A stretch of 63,572 nt of DNA, the filler included, from Licmophora abbreviata (Eukaryota), in NCBI GenBank assembly GCA_900291995.1. It is 13 parts of 13 records of this genome, joined end to end, with 100 filler letters (N's around TTAATTAATTAA, not from the genome) between each part and the next. Parts side by side here need not be neighbours in the genome. Positions count along the whole stretch, not along the records: positions 1 to 5,349 come from OLMU01000917.1; positions 5,450 to 11,136 come from OLMU01000919.1; positions 11,237 to 21,013 come from OLMU01000921.1; 10 more parts are not named here. One strand, given 5' to 3'. Each line of letters begins with the position of its first letter. Position 1 is the stretch's first letter. Under the pieces are notes generated by a model. That model was given only the letters and a program-made list of their open reading frames with translations. It had not been told where the DNA came from and made no database searches. The position numbers and the translations under genes were made by a program. This document shows positions 1-14,140 of the stretch, one piece after another.

Positions 1-3000
1 TACAGCTCACCGTTTTGGCCTGGGAGATGGGATGTCCGAGAGCTGTACGGACCATGTTCATGCCATGCGTGTCCGAGAGTAGTCTCTTGGAGAACCCAGA
101 AGCCGTCCACAATTCACCCAAGGGTGTCACTTCGTTGTCGGGATAGGCCATCTCAACCAGCTTCCCAATGAAGAATCGTACGCCAACGCACTAGAGCGAA
201 CAATTCAACAACGACGGAAATGAGCGCACAGCTGAAGCTCAGCATTATTCAGCGTCCATTGTGGACTTACCATTGGGATCGGTGCTGTTGTGTAGTAGTT
301 GAACAAAGCGGTGCCGAAATTTCCAGGTGGGCGGTACTTTCGCACCTATCGACGGGGATGCAGTCAGTGGATGGCAGAATGTGAGTTAGCAGCAGCACTT
401 CAAGTCGACCCAACGCACGACGATCCCAACTCACCAAGTCGTCATACCGACCACCTTCTGCAATCTTGATTCCGTGCCCCAGGGTATTCGATTTGCGAGC
501 TAACAAGCCGCTGCGCAACGAATCCGGAAGGACAATGGCCTGAAACAGAATCTGACCGTGGTAATGTTTTCGTCGTTGACGAAGACCCAGGTCTAACGAG
601 ATGTAGAGAGGTCGGTGCAACCCCGGGCGAGCCGCATCGCTTGAGGATCGGGAACCAAATGTCGGAGCGATACCCATCTCTTTCATCGTTTGCACAAGTT
701 CCTTCAACGCCTTTATGCCTCTCCCCACGTCGTCGTACCGTTTCAGTCGCCGTGGGTCAACCTGCGTTCCGCTGTCGACCGACCGAAGCTGTTCTGCTGC
801 AGCTCTAAGCGACTCTAGTGCCACGTCGATATTTGAGGATAGCGGCGAGCACGAGGATAGCAGTAGCCGCAGTTTATCAGCGGCATGATCAGGAAGCTCG
901 TGCTTTGTAACAGCCTCTTCAATGTAGCTATCAAAGTTCAAAACATCAAGATCCTCGCGGCTGCCGCTCCGAGCGATATTCGCCTTGGGTAAATATGGCG
1001 TCACTATAAGTGACTTAGGGACAGGTGCCATCGCCCGAGTGAAGATTCCGAGGCAGGCCTTCCGCAGGGACTCCTTTAGTGGTACACCGCAGAGCTCAAG
1101 AAGTGCGTCAGCCAAGCGAGTGTGCGTCACCCTAAGGAACCATACAGGAGAAGTGGATGGAACTTCCTGATCATCTGGAGTTTCACGGTGAGACGAAATA
1201 GCAGATCAGCGCCTTTCTTCCCGTGTTAAAAAGGTGTATGAAGTGACACGAGACTCACCTTCACGCGAGGAAATGGTAGACATGACCTGACAAGCGACCA
1301 TCATCGCTTCGGCTTCGAGCCGGGCACCTGAGACCCCAGAATCCTCATTTACGATGTCGAATGAAGCCTCGAGGCTTTCTTTTGGATGGCCTCCAACCAA
1401 GGATCTGTGGTAGACCCTGTCAATAGAGTATCTCTTAACATGCGATGTCGCTGACCCGCCCCTGCCCACGGCTCGAGCGAACGATCCAGTAAGATCCTCT
1501 GGTAGTAAGAGGACGGCACCACGCGAGTTCATTACTTCCGCTGGCCCTCCATGGGTCCCCTGAGAAACGTTTCGGGGACGCGGCCTCATCAGCGGAGAAC
1601 GCAAATGCACGGCACCGTGTGTTTCGAAAACCTGTCGGAGAGACGCGCAAATGCACTCTACTACACGCGGATCGGCACCATGCGTCCCGTCAGCCGAACC
1701 TGATATCGCGGCCGACGACGCTGCGCTCATGGCTAAGATACCGGCCGTACGCTGCGTCGCTCGTTTGAGAACACCGATGCCACCTCGAGGGAGTTTACCA
1801 ACATGTTTCGCTCTCCGAAGAGACGTCGTTGCGGCGACAAGAGACGATGCACTCATTGCTAACGCCGACAAGGCTTCGATATCGATTCCCCCCGTTGCTC
1901 GAATATCATTGATTGCCCGTAAAATGGCTTCCGAGGGGGAGAGAACGCGTCGAGCACCTTGTTGCGCGTCGGGAGGAGTCCCGAGATTATTGGCTTTTGC
2001 AGCAATATCTGTATCGAATGTAACTTCGATCAAATCTGACGTTTGGCGCTCGAACAAGGCTTGAAGGATCCGTCTGTAGCTTTCTGACTGTGGATTTGCT
2101 AACGTCAGCAGTGCTTCCTGTAGATAACGCTGTTCGATTTCTAATTTCCTGGGCAAGAGATCACTCTTCATCAACATTTAAAAGAAATCAAACATGAGAA
2201 CCGCGGAAAGAGTTTCATGGGTCCGCACGAAGCCAATGCTCGTACTCACCAAGAGCAGCTGCTCAGCGGTCGGCCGATTGGATGGACTGAGTTCCAGACA
2301 CCACAAAATCATCTGTTGCGCATTTGTCGGGACCGACTCGAGAAAATACTCGGGGAAGCGCTCCTTTGCCTTTGCCTGCCATTCCTGGTGGACGCCGGTT
2401 GTCTCAATTCTCGCAGGTGTCTTCGAATCGCTGGTCCTATGGGCATGCTTGGACAAGTCAGGATCGCCCCGGAGTTTCGTCAGTGTCTCCGCACGCTCCA
2501 TATACTACATTCGACGGCAATGGCGATTAGAGATTTGTGAGATACAGTCGACGTCAAGCTTCTATTCAGACATGACGGAGAGCTACTTACGGTCGCAAAA
2601 GGCGGGTGAAACATTTCGAATAGAATGATGCCCACGCTGAAAATATCGGCTTGCACGCCATAGGAGCCATCGCCTTTTTGCTTCGTCTGCGAATGCGCAA
2701 TACCGATCCCCTCCTGCTCGGGTGCACGGTAAAACGTCGTCCCTACACCACCGGTCATACTTTCTCCTTCTGCGTTCAGGGACGCGTGTGATACAGAGTT
2801 ATTTGATCCGCCCAACAGCCCGCTAATATCTTCAATCGCGCTGTACATCGTCTCTGCCTCTGAACGTCGGTCGCCGCCCGTGTCGAGCTGGCGAGTGGCG
2901 AGTCCGAAGTCTCCGAGCTTCACATTTCCAGCCGAGTCGATAAATATGTTGCCTGGTTTCTGATGAAGTGAAAGGCGCGAATAATGAGGGCACAGCTATG

Positions 3001-5030
3001 TGAAATAAGCGCCTTGTTAGCGTCGAGTTGGACTTACAAGATCTCTGTGAATTATATCCTGGGTGTGGAATTGAATACGGAACGACTCTGCGATTAGGAT
3101 GTATTTTGAGACGAGTGGGGAGTCCACCTTAGATCGAGTCGAGCTTACCTGTTTATGAATGTACTTGAGAGCCTCTAGCATCTGTCGGACAAGGCGCCAG
3201 ATATCATTAAAATTCAATGGCGATTCAGTCGATTCATCTATCAGCTTTCTCAGCGTCGTAGAACAATATTCCATCTGCAAGATCGACCACACAAGTGTCA
3301 AAGGGACCGAAGCCAAAGACGATGACAACAAGGTGATCAACATACCTGTATGTACAGTATTCTCTGCCCACTCGCTGGATCTACTTTGTTTGAAGATTCT
3401 TCTAAAAGTGGATCTATCTGTGATTCCGCCTGGGAAGTAGACGACGGGAACATTCCATGATACGTCTTATTCTGCATTCCCATGCCGACAAGGAGCGGAC
3501 TCTATCAGAGAGAATAATTGAACCGAGGGCGGTTAGGAATAACACACGAACACTAGTAAGGAGGAGATGACGAAGACATACCTGAAAGTCTTGGTCATGT
3601 TCGTGCTGGAGAAGGTCTTCCATCGATGAAGAGGGTAAATCTCGCCGTTTGGATGTATCAAAGCCTCCTTGCAGATCCGCCAGTCTATCAATTTTCTCAT
3701 CCACGCAACCTTCAGACCCTGCCCCGTCATTTTCCTCTAGTGACGAATCGGATTCATATTCGCTATCGCTGTCACTGACCTCCATGCCTCGCGTTCTCAT
3801 GATATCTAGAAGCGCATGCTCCTGTGGGGAGCTCGTCCACCAGCCTGAGTCGGACTCTTCGTCGGACTCTTCTTCCGACTCTTTGTCGTCAATAATCTCG
3901 GTGCTTTGGATGTCACTCTGACTATCTAACTTCTCTTCGGCGCCCTTCTTTGTCTCGTCGACACCTCCCTCTACCCAACCCTGGTAGTATCGAACAATGT
4001 TATTATGAAGCATCCTTGAAATCGTGGTAACCTCCCGACGAAGCTTTGCGTTCTGGATGGCACCAAACTTGGCAAAGCGCCCCTCTTCGGACTCCAGCAC
4101 AATCTTTTTGATTGCATAAAGTCGTCTATCCAAACGATTTCGGACTTTGACGACTTCACCCCCGCCACCACGTCCTAGCAAGCCGAGCTCAAGAAAATCC
4201 GTCTGATAGCGCGACGATGCGACGATGGTGCCGAACTGCGCGTCGTCCTCTTCGCCGAAATCATCCTCGTCATCCTCTGTTTCCACTGTTTCTTCCTTTT
4301 CGGGTGATGCTTTTCCTCTTCGCTTCCTGTCAGCTGTTGCAAGCGCCTCTGTTTGACGGGCCAGTTCTTGTTCGATCTCCCCGCCACACGCCAATACCCG
4401 CTGATGATGACTCGTGTTGAGCGGTTCGTCGGTCTTTTGCTCCTTCAAAAGTCGCTTCATTTCATCCTCCTGTTCTCTTCGTATCTGCTCCTCCTTTTGC
4501 TCTTCCTGCCGTTCCCGTGCCTTCATCTGCTCCCACTCGGACAAATTCGGGTCCCGATTGTGGGATAATAAGAAGTCTTCCACTATTTGAACTAGCTCAC
4601 ACACAACGACCGACCCCGTTCGAGAGCACTCTTCTGCTCGTTCATTCAAGCTGGTCATCAGCTCCAGCTGGTCCCCTTTCGAGAGCCCCTTTACCTTCTC
4701 CAAGTGAATCGTTGGTACAACGTACGGGTACTTCTTTCCGAGTTGAACCACCAGAGTCAGTTCGCTTCCAACGTGCTCGCGATCGACATCAGGAGGCAGA
4801 CAGTGGATACTCAATTTCGCACAGCCCCAGACACCATTCTCTCGATGAAAGTCTTCTCCATACACGGCTGCTAGCACAGTTTCTTCGTCTGCTCTCGCCA
4901 GAGACAAGTCCTCGTAAGAGGGCACCATCACGGAGTGCGAATTCTCCATCTTGATAGTTGGTTGGGGAGTGTCCTCTTCCTCCTCCTCCTCTTCGTCGTC
5001 GTCATCTTGAAGGACATCAAAGCGACCCAT
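1..5030 (-). CDS. GCN2: eIF2-alpha kinase GCN2 (RWD + kinase + HisRS-like), multi-exon, 3' end beyond window
   Basis: RWD motif YPYVVP; kinase motifs LGRGGGGEVVKV, YAIKKI, HNNIVRYY, LYIQ|MEYC, DIIHRDL|KPGN, VKLGDFGLA, VGTTFYRAPE; HisRS-like FETHGAV, LLPEDLTGSFAR, IAEGGRYDDL. The ORF pieces join through GT-AG introns. Confidence 0.95.
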
Positions 5031-5349
5031 CTCCTACTAATGCAGTCCTCCAGTATGGGGCAGGCTTTTTAACGCGCCTGTCGCCGGTGTAGAAGATTTG
5101 ACACTGCTGGTGATAGACGGCGCTCGCGCCCACGATGCCATTGTTCTGTTGGTGATGAAATGAGCGGGTCAACAGTCAGCCGGGTTTCGCGATCTGCACG
5201 AGAGTCATTCTTGCGACACCATCTGGCATTAGTGTATAAATTGGCGTGACGTGTCTGTTGGCATGTGAGAGTGAAAGTATGATGAGGGGAATTTGAAATT
5301 GGCTTACCTCCCAAAGTTGGATCTTGTGCGCTGTCTGCGTGACCATCAA

Positions 5350-5449
5350 NNNNNNNNNNNNNNNNNNNNNNNNNNNNNNNNNNNNNNNNNNNNTTAATTA
5401 ATTAANNNNNNNNNNNNNNNNNNNNNNNNNNNNNNNNNNNNNNNNNNNN
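5350..5449. other. assembly spacer (44N-TTAATTAATTAA-44N)
   Basis: Identical 100-nt linker with stops in all six frames, repeated 12 times in the window. Confidence 0.98.
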
Positions 5450-5450
5450 C

Positions 5451-8400
5451 GCAGGTTCCCGTCAGAAGTCAAACGGCCAAGACGATGCTTTTGATGAGCT
5501 ACAGAGGCGTCTCGGCAACGCGTCGATGAATGCATTCATAAGTGGATGCTCAATTAACTCAGGTCCCATGGATGCTTTATCGCGCTATCTTTCACATGTG
5601 GCTTGGAACGTTGAAGATGTTTTTGCAAGTGACCCTGACCGTGCCCTGATGCTGAATATGATTGTCTTGGATTGTAAGTTCAGTTGCTTGCCACAGCTAT
5701 GCGCTACTATCGTACTTACAAGTCTTTTCGTCTCGCATGCGCATCTAGGCGCCGATGTCTTAAGGAAACGAAGCGGCTCTCTGGAAGGGGAGGTCTCTTT
5801 TTGGCAGGGACCGAAGCCACAGAAAATAAGGAAGGACATCCGATTATGCTTGCGAACGTTTGCAACGAACTTATTGACTGCTGAGTTGATGCTCAGAACC
5901 CTAGAACCACATGCCAGTGTACGTTGGGGAATCGACCGAGACAGCAACGCCTTGTCGCTGCTGGTACCGGAATTGCTGTCCCTCGTGGACGAAATAGACG
6001 GTTCGTCGTTTGCGAAAGAAGATAAGAGCTGGATCTCCCTCAAAACTCGCTGTCATTGGTTGGCCTGTGGATTCTACTTGTGGTGGAGTCGCTTCCACAG
6101 TGGTCCAGAATCCCGGCAGGCAGAGGCACTTGCCATTGGTCATATTGATGAAGCAGTCAACAGTTTGCACATGCCTGTAGCGGATCCTCTCAGGTCAATA
6201 CGAACAAGTCACTTGGTGTCGCCAGGTCGAACCGAACATCATTGGAAGTTAGTATCAGAAGCGACTCTGAGCCAATTCCGTGAAGAGATTTTGGCGTCCT
6301 CCGTCGTTGCTTCGGCAAGTGATCAATTCGACGAGGTAATGACCAATGTCAGGCAGCGGAGCACGTCTGAAGAAAGCCTTGTTCTTTTGGACGAAGATCG
6401 AAATTGTCTCAGGCATATTGGCGAAGGCTTGTTGCAGCGGTATAATTTACATTATGGTAGTGCTGGTCGCAGACACGAGGAGTTGTTCAACGACCTTGTG
6501 GCGACATACGGCAATCTGCTTGACACGACACCTACAGATCGAATTCCCCCTGCAGAGAAATGGGGCAAACTCTGGGCTCTTGTCCCGTCGTGCCGACCCG
6601 AGCTAGATGTCCTTGGGTCGATCTCGAGCCCAAGTATTCTTGTCATGCTTGTCAACTGTCTCCAGAGCACGGAAGGGAAGCAGCGCACCATCCCGGTCTT
6701 GCTTACTAGGATATTGTTATCGGGTATCGACCAGCAAAGATTGATATTAGGGAGGCTGTCTTCCAAAACGGCACCAGTCCTCTCTTCTTCGGAGAATTAC
6801 GAAAGGAACAGTGATAGCGATGACTCGATCGGCAGTGATGACGGCGATATGAGCGTCGCCGCGGGCGATGGTTTCGATCAAAGAAGGGCTGACCAGAACA
6901 GGCTCCATCTTAATGGACGTGCCCTTCAGTTCCTAACTGAGAAAGTAGCTGACATCCTGCGCACGGGCAGTACATCGCAGGAACGACGAGACTTCTCTTC
7001 GTCACAGGAATGCTCATCGTTGATTCATAGCTCCCTTGCGTTCTATGCAGAGCTATCTCAGTATTTTACGACCATGCTCCGCACTCCGAACGCCACGCTG
7101 GACAATGACATGTTTGTCTCGACTCATACGGTCGTGAACGTGTTACTCAACTCTTCTCCGGAACTAGAAGCGACGAGACGTTTAGGTTGTCTATTCTTCC
7201 GAGGTTTGGGAAGGATGCTTATCACCCAGGCGCAAGAGCTTCTTCATGTGCTTCGGCCAGGTGGGAGCAAGCGATTGGGCAGGTCAGCTCGTCAGAAACT
7301 CTGCGTAAACAGAGCACGGTTCTTCGGAACCGTATCCGCAGTTGCCTCCATCTTGCTGTCTAAATCTCTTGCAGTCAACCAATCTCCTGAGCTAGCGGCT
7401 TCCTACCTGGTGGAGGGCATTGCAAAAGACAAAAAGGAGATTTCAAAGTTTCTCTCGATCCTCTTGGAGAATGTTCTCAGACTTTGGAGCTACGTGACAG
7501 AAGCTCAATCCGGTCGGAACGTCGCTGGTGCAGGAGGTTCGACGTTTGACAGGGCGATCATCAATGAACTTACCGTCCCTGTCGCGGCTCTCATCATCAC
7601 CCTCTGTGGCTCTGCCGCTACGACTAACCGCCGACTGTCTCGGCCGAGAGACGGTTGCCGTGAAGTCACACGAGATTCAATTTGTCTCTCAGAATTCTAC
7701 GACTCGGATTCCAGCGCCAACGACTGGGTTTCGTCCGATGTTGCTGGGATCGCCGATTCACATCGCATTGAGCTAGTGAGAGTTGTATGCCAGGCTGTCC
7801 AGTGCGTGAATCTTGTGTACGAAAATGTGAGTGATAAAGCACATCTCATGTTCGAAACTCGCGCAAAGTGCGATCAGGAACACGGCGTTTTGGTGCCTCT
7901 GGTGGCATCCAGGGTCTTAAATCATTTCGCTGACACGCTGCTTGTGGGGTGCTCTGGAGCTTTCCCCGAGGTTCAACAGCAGGACGATCTGTGGGTCAGC
8001 TCGTGGCCTATCGGAGCAAGGACTGTAGGGGCGCTTCTTGATTCGATTATGCACAAAGTATACAAGAGCCTTCACGGGTTCGCACTAGACAACAGCGGAG
8101 GTGGTATATCAAGCGACGATGCTTCCATCCAAACCCATATCCCTGAATCAGTCAACGCCGCAGTGCGACTTTATCGTTGCTTGGTCAGGACGTATGGCAA
8201 TGGGAAGAGATCACCTCCAAGTGCGGCCCTGGAATGCGTTACAGCGGCCTTGCCCGCAGTGGAAGAAAGCGAGCGCTCGAAAGTGCTCCGGAAGTTCCTG
8301 TTCGATGCGAATGACGACTACTTTTCAATTCAAGACACCATCTCGGCGTTTACACGAAATCTCCACGCTTCTAAGCTCGCATCCCTCCCAGAGTGGATCT

Positions 8401-11136
8401 GGGTAGCTAATACTTCGCTTGAGAGTGACATAGATTCAGAGACCTCTGACATTCTTCGGGTTCGCAAGGGGATATGTCATGAACTGGCGCAGGGCCCTCT
8501 ACCCTCCTTTTCCACGGGAACGTCCGAGGGCGCGCGAGGGCTAAAAACCGACGAACAGAAAGCCGAAGCAGAGCAGCGGCGTGACGCGGCTCGCAATGAA
8601 CATGACTTGGGGAAGAAGTTCGGCGCGATATTTGACGATTTGTGCTATGGTGAGCTATCGAATAGTGAAGGATGGTACAACGCTGCTCAGTGTCTTTCCA
8701 TGAAAGCCGAAGTCGTCGCTGATCGGATCGGGATGACTGAAGGCTTTAGTCGGACTTCGGACTTTTTTGTGCCCACCGATCGATCCCCCATTTCAAGATC
8801 ATTCGAACTTTCCGAACTTATGAGTCAACAGGACAAGGAGCACGCAAGAAGTCAGGAAGGGTGGGTTCCGTTTGTAGGAAATGACCTTTCCGTTTATGTT
8901 CACCATTCATGGTCTTCATTTTCATCTCTTGAGAAGTGCGCTCGCAAGATCAGCTCGGGATACAACGAGTCGTTTCCTAACCAAAACACCCCGGATGATC
9001 CTGACGATGAAGAGCTACGTCAGCGCTTTCGTGCCCAGGTGTGCCAAGAAATTGAGGTGCTTCATCGGAAAGGAAACTACATCGCTTGGCAGCAGGCTTG
9101 GGGCGGCATATTCGTTTCCTCGTTACGCGCACTGGCGACGCGATGCCGATGCATCGCTCTCTTTCGATCACGTCAACAGAGTACGGAGATGGCTACGACA
9201 GTTGTTTCCGAAATCTCGGAATCACAAGCACTTGCTTATTATTCAGAAATGGTCGGTTCCCAAATGTACGGCTATCCGATGCAGAAAATGACTGATCACA
9301 AGAAGCGGCAACTTGCGAATGCGACCAGGAAATGCTTCCAGCTGTCGATTGATGCCATGGGGGGTGGCGACGATGATTCTGACGTAAAGGTCACTTGGGA
9401 TCTGCACTTCATTGTTGGAAAGGTGAGCCATTGCGTCGAAGAGATTATTGTTGAGCTACCGGTATCTGGGCGACTGAACGTATGCGTTGACGTTTCTTAT
9501 ACAAACAGTGCTACGAAAAGATCGCGATGACGTACAGTCAAGAGAGCTTCCCCTCCGGCTCGATCCGACCATACCGTGACGGTGCAGATGTAAACATTCG
9601 CACGTACGAGCGCCACTTGAAAGAAGCCCTATCCCGATACTCGCTAGCGCTCAAAGAGGCATTGGACATTGAAAATGAAGGAGGGCTAGCTGACATAAAT
9701 GGAGGTGGGAGTGGCCACGGTTCGACTGAGTTGCTTTATCGCTTGCACGCGTCTCGTTTGAAGTGTTTGCTTCGGGCTGTCCAACGAAACGAGAGCAACC
9801 GAGATATCGCTGAGCGCGAAGCACTCCGCTTGACCACCGCACATTGGTACAGAGATGAGAACAAAGTCCAGTATTCGACCGAATCGAACGTTCGTGATAC
9901 AGTCTGGGCAGTTCTCACCGACATTGTCGCAGCTCTTGCCCAGTGCCGACTTGAACAGCCGTTCTTCCATCGGTCTGTGTACGCACATGCTCAAGCCTTC
10001 ATGTGGGCGCCCGTCTTATATGACCCCAAGACAGGTTTCGTCGAGGGGAGCCTTGGCGTCGTACCTGCGACGAAGAGCCATCTTCTGCGCGGTCTCAACA
10101 GTTCTACTCCGTGTGTTAATAGTGCTGAAGTCATCATGAGGACACTTTTCGAGAAGAAACGGTACGTCGCCAAGTCACGACAAAGGCAACTTTCCATTCA
10201 GATTATCAACTCACGAGTCGGTTTTTTTCTCGTTTTTGTGTGTTTCAGTGCCCAGCTTTGCGCTGTATGGGTTACAACTTCAAGCATCCCCCAAGGCCCA
10301 TTTGAACTCATCAACAAGTCCATAAGGAAATACGATTCGTTGCGCGGAAAGTACTTATCGGCGTACATTGATACGCTGAGACTCTGTCAGCGAACGACAC
10401 AATTGGAGACGTTACTGCAGTGGACTATTACGACCAAGCGTGACTTGCCTGCATTCTTCTACGCAAGCGCTGAAAGGAGAGGCGAAACGCCGGATGTCCC
10501 TCATATTCGTGAACCTCTTTTGATAAAGGGACGATCCTTGGTGGCTACTTGCTTTCTTCGCACGGTGAAACGGCAGGCGAATTCTGCTCTCGCCGATGTC
10601 GTTCTACAGCAACTCGCATCGAACAAATCCATGGAAAGCAAGGCGGATCATTTCAAGATGGCCTACGCCTGCTTTCTTCGATTGAATTGTACTGTAGCAG
10701 AGGTAGAACGGACACGAGCATGGAAGTTTGGACGGGGTGCCATTCCGGAGGTCGAGGCGTTATGCAAGACGTACTTGGCGCGACTGGACCACGAAGCCAC
10801 CACAATTGCTACGGGATCATCCGATTGGTCAGGAGGTTCTCAGAAGAGTGTGGTTCTCAAGGCTGCCATTGGCAAAGGAAAGGAGTTATATCCCGCCCTG
10901 GACAACCACTCGCACTTGTATGGCAAACGCAAGGCCGCCAGCAAGAAGAAGAAGAAGACCAAACAGCAGCAGGAGGAGGCAGCGAAGGCGGACAAGAAGA
11001 CGAGCACAACGGATGACCCTGATGAACGACGGATTAAACGAAAAGAACCAGAGCGCAGCCCCAAATCGTTCATTGTCAGTGTCCCGGGAGGGCTACACGC
11101 CGGAGATAAATTCAATACGACAGTGGATATCGGAGA
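5451..11136 (+). CDS. CABIN1/HIR3-like HIRA complex subunit, partial at both ends
   Basis: Frame is open from the gap edge. Introns at 9423-9508 and 10162-10248, possibly also ~5674-5748. Motifs ELLYRLHASRLK and FFHRSVYAHAQA resemble the CABIN1/Hir3 C-terminal region; basic NLS-like KKKKK. Confidence 0.7.
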
Positions 11137-11236
11137 NNNNNNNNNNNNNNNNNNNNNNNNNNNNNNNNNNNNNNNNNNNNTTAATTAATTAANNNNNNNN
11201 NNNNNNNNNNNNNNNNNNNNNNNNNNNNNNNNNNNN
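11137..11236. other. assembly spacer
   Basis: 44N-TTAATTAATTAA-44N; hides the end of the CABIN1-like gene and probably the start of the RecQ gene. Confidence 0.98.
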
Positions 11237-11316
11237 ACCGCGAGCTCAGTCATCATGGCAAGAGGAAGCAACTACTGACTCGACTATCTCTTTGGGTACG
11301 TGACGAGCTGGCACAG

Positions 11317-14069
11317 GTGACAGGCGACAAATACGACGAAGAACAACTCATCGTGGACGAGCATAGATCATGCGAAGCGTCAGACGACAGCTGCTCTGAC
11401 GACTCCAGTGTTTCGTCCTATGAAGAGTTAGAACTGATGCATCCCGATAGGGACGAAAACGACCGACCTTTCTCTCCCACTTGTGAAGGGACAGGCGATA
11501 TTTCTAATGAGAATACAACGACGCTTAAGAAGGAAGAGGCATTGGCGGAAGATGGCCCGGTTTCGATAGATAAGCAACTCAAGGACATATTTGGTCATTC
11601 CGGCTTTCGAGAAGGACAGGATTGGGCCGTGCGGCGATGCCTGAATTTCCAGAGAACTCTCATTGTGGCGCCCACGGGCTTCGGAAAGTCCCTGTGCTAT
11701 GCTCTGACAGCTTCTCTAATGGACGGAGTCTGCATTGTCGTTTCGCCATTGATTTCATTGATGCAAGACCAGCTTCGGCAGCTGCCCCCGAGAATTCCAG
11801 CTGCGACACTTTCCGGTTCTATGTCTGCTGCGTCCATAGTCTCCACGATTGACGACATCCTTCGGGGGCGCATTAAAATCTTGTTTGTGTCACCCGAGCG
11901 GTTGGCGAGTCCTTCCTTTCGCCGTCTATTTCGCTTGCGATGGAACCCCGAGACAAAGACGCGCGAAAGACAATTCCCGGCAATCTCGCTTCTTTGTGTC
12001 GACGAAGCGCACTGCATGAGCCAGTGGGGCCACAACTTTCGACCCGCGTATCTTCGTCTCCGCTCACTTGTGGACCAGCTCGAACCCCGAAGCGTTCTCG
12101 CCATGACAGCCACCGCTGGTCCGCGGGTAGCGGCAGACATCTGCAGGGCGCTCCGCATTCCCATTAATCAAATTGACAAGGGTGACTCGGAGCCGGCGGC
12201 GGAGATAGGACTGAAAATTCTCAAGTCCGACCGCGATAACATTGATGTCACTTGTACAGTGCTGGAGACCGAAGAGCAGCGACTCGTTACGGTAAGTCGA
12301 TTCTCGTTCTCGTTTGACACACCGCTCGTAATGATCTAATGACAGCACTTGTCGTTCACAGCTTCTGAAGTTACTGAAGAAGACAAAAGACAAGCCAAGT
12401 AAGCCCTCTGTCGCAAAGGATTCTCTCTGTGAGGGTTGCCTCTCTAGCGGCAGCACGATCGTCTACGTCTGGCGCAAGCGCGACGCTGAAGTTGTCGCCG
12501 AGAACTTGGTTTCGCATGGCATCGAAGGCGGAATCGTTGTTTATCACGGTGGTATGGACGCCATCGCCCGCTCGAAGGCCCAGAGCAAGGTATGCGCATC
12601 TCGTTTATGATGATTCGTGTTTGATTGAAAACTGAAGACGACGAACTCATCTAGTCTGATTCTCTGTTCTAGTTCATGAGGGGGAAGGCCCGCATATGCG
12701 TTGCAACCGTAGCCTTCGGTCTCGGAATCAATAAAGCGGACGTGTCGGCCGTAGTTCATCTGTACCTTCCGGCATCACCTGAAAATTATCTCCAGGAGAT
12801 TGGGCGCGCTGGGCGAGACGGCCGCGACGCACGAGCTGTCGCGCTGATTCTTCGCGACGAAGTAGTCATTCGCCACTCCCTGACTCACTCTGACTTGCTT
12901 TCGACCAGCCAAATCCGCAAGGTTCTTCAAATCATTCGAGAACTCGTGCTTGGGTCAGATGAGACCAATCCTACCGAGGGCATTCTAACGGAGAGGGTTA
13001 CGCCGCTGTCGATAGCTCTACGACTTGACGCCACAGTTCACGGGGTGGATTGCAAAGCAGAAACAGTGGAGACTCTACTATCGCTAATAGAAGACATGCA
13101 CCCCGAACAACCTTTGCTGCGCATGGAAGGAACTCTCATGGATGTTGCAACGATCACCTTGAAGCGACGATCTTTGGAGAAAGTTGCTTTGATCGAGGAG
13201 GTCGCCGATTGTATTCTGAAATGCGCGTCACGCGTGGACTCTCTCAATGGACCAGCAACGGGCACAATGGCCGCCGAGGAAGACCCACACACGGTCCAGA
13301 AAGCTTTTCTCGCCTACAGTTTTGGTACCTATCAATTTTCAATCGCAAGGTGTGCGGCGTTGCTGGGACCACACGCAGAGCCGAGGCATGTGTTTGCTGC
13401 GCTGCGTCGCATGCAGAATATGGCGAGCTGGAGCTCTTGCTGGATCCTCAAAGCAAGGCTCTTCACATGCTGATGGAACCGCGGGGTTTGAACTTCTTCT
13501 GTGGTCCAGTCTCGGACTTGGATGAACTGGCTGACTCAATGGCGACCCAGATAACCAAGAATGTGGAAGCATCCTCAAACAAGGCTCTTCGTGCGAATGA
13601 TATTCTTGGTCAAGTTGCAGAAGTCGAGTCCCACGTTGACAGCGACGATGGCGAAAAGGCAAACACGAAGTCTTCTGCTTTGCGTCTTTTTCAAGATCTT
13701 GTTTCCGAATACTTCCAGGGCGATGAAACCAGCGCCGATACCATGAGAATGAGTGTCGCACTTCCACTCTGCGTTCAAGAGGGATCTCTTCGCGACATCG
13801 CTGTCGACGTATCCCAGCTCCTTCGAGATTTGCCACCATCTCCCGAATTTCGACCACGGGAGTCGTGCCCCTCTTGGTTTCTTCCTCTTCCGCAGTCATG
13901 CTGCGGCGACTACACGGCCTTGGCAATTGCAAAATTCTTGCACGGACTTGACACCCCGAGGGTGCCTTACGCATCATTTTGTCGTCATCCTCTCTTCGGC
14001 AAGTGGCGAAACTTTCGATTCGTGTCGCTGCTAAAATGCATTGACGATCTTCTAGCTAAGAATCCTTAA
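11317..14069 (+). CDS. RecQ-family DNA helicase, RECQL4-like (5' probably partial; 1-nt frameshift near 13420)
   Basis: [74 protein letters not shown]; introns 12292-12361 and 12590-12672. Confidence 0.9.
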
Positions 14070-14140
14070 TCAGCAAGCTACTTCTGCTACTCTACAACGA
14101 TAACTCCTGTGTCGAAAAACTGCAATAGATCTATGCACAT

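Noticed and set aside
13050..14069. Separate 339-aa gene overlapping the RecQ helicase
   Set aside because: Only the part after ~13422 appears coding; it is the RecQ C-terminus displaced by a 1-nt deletion.
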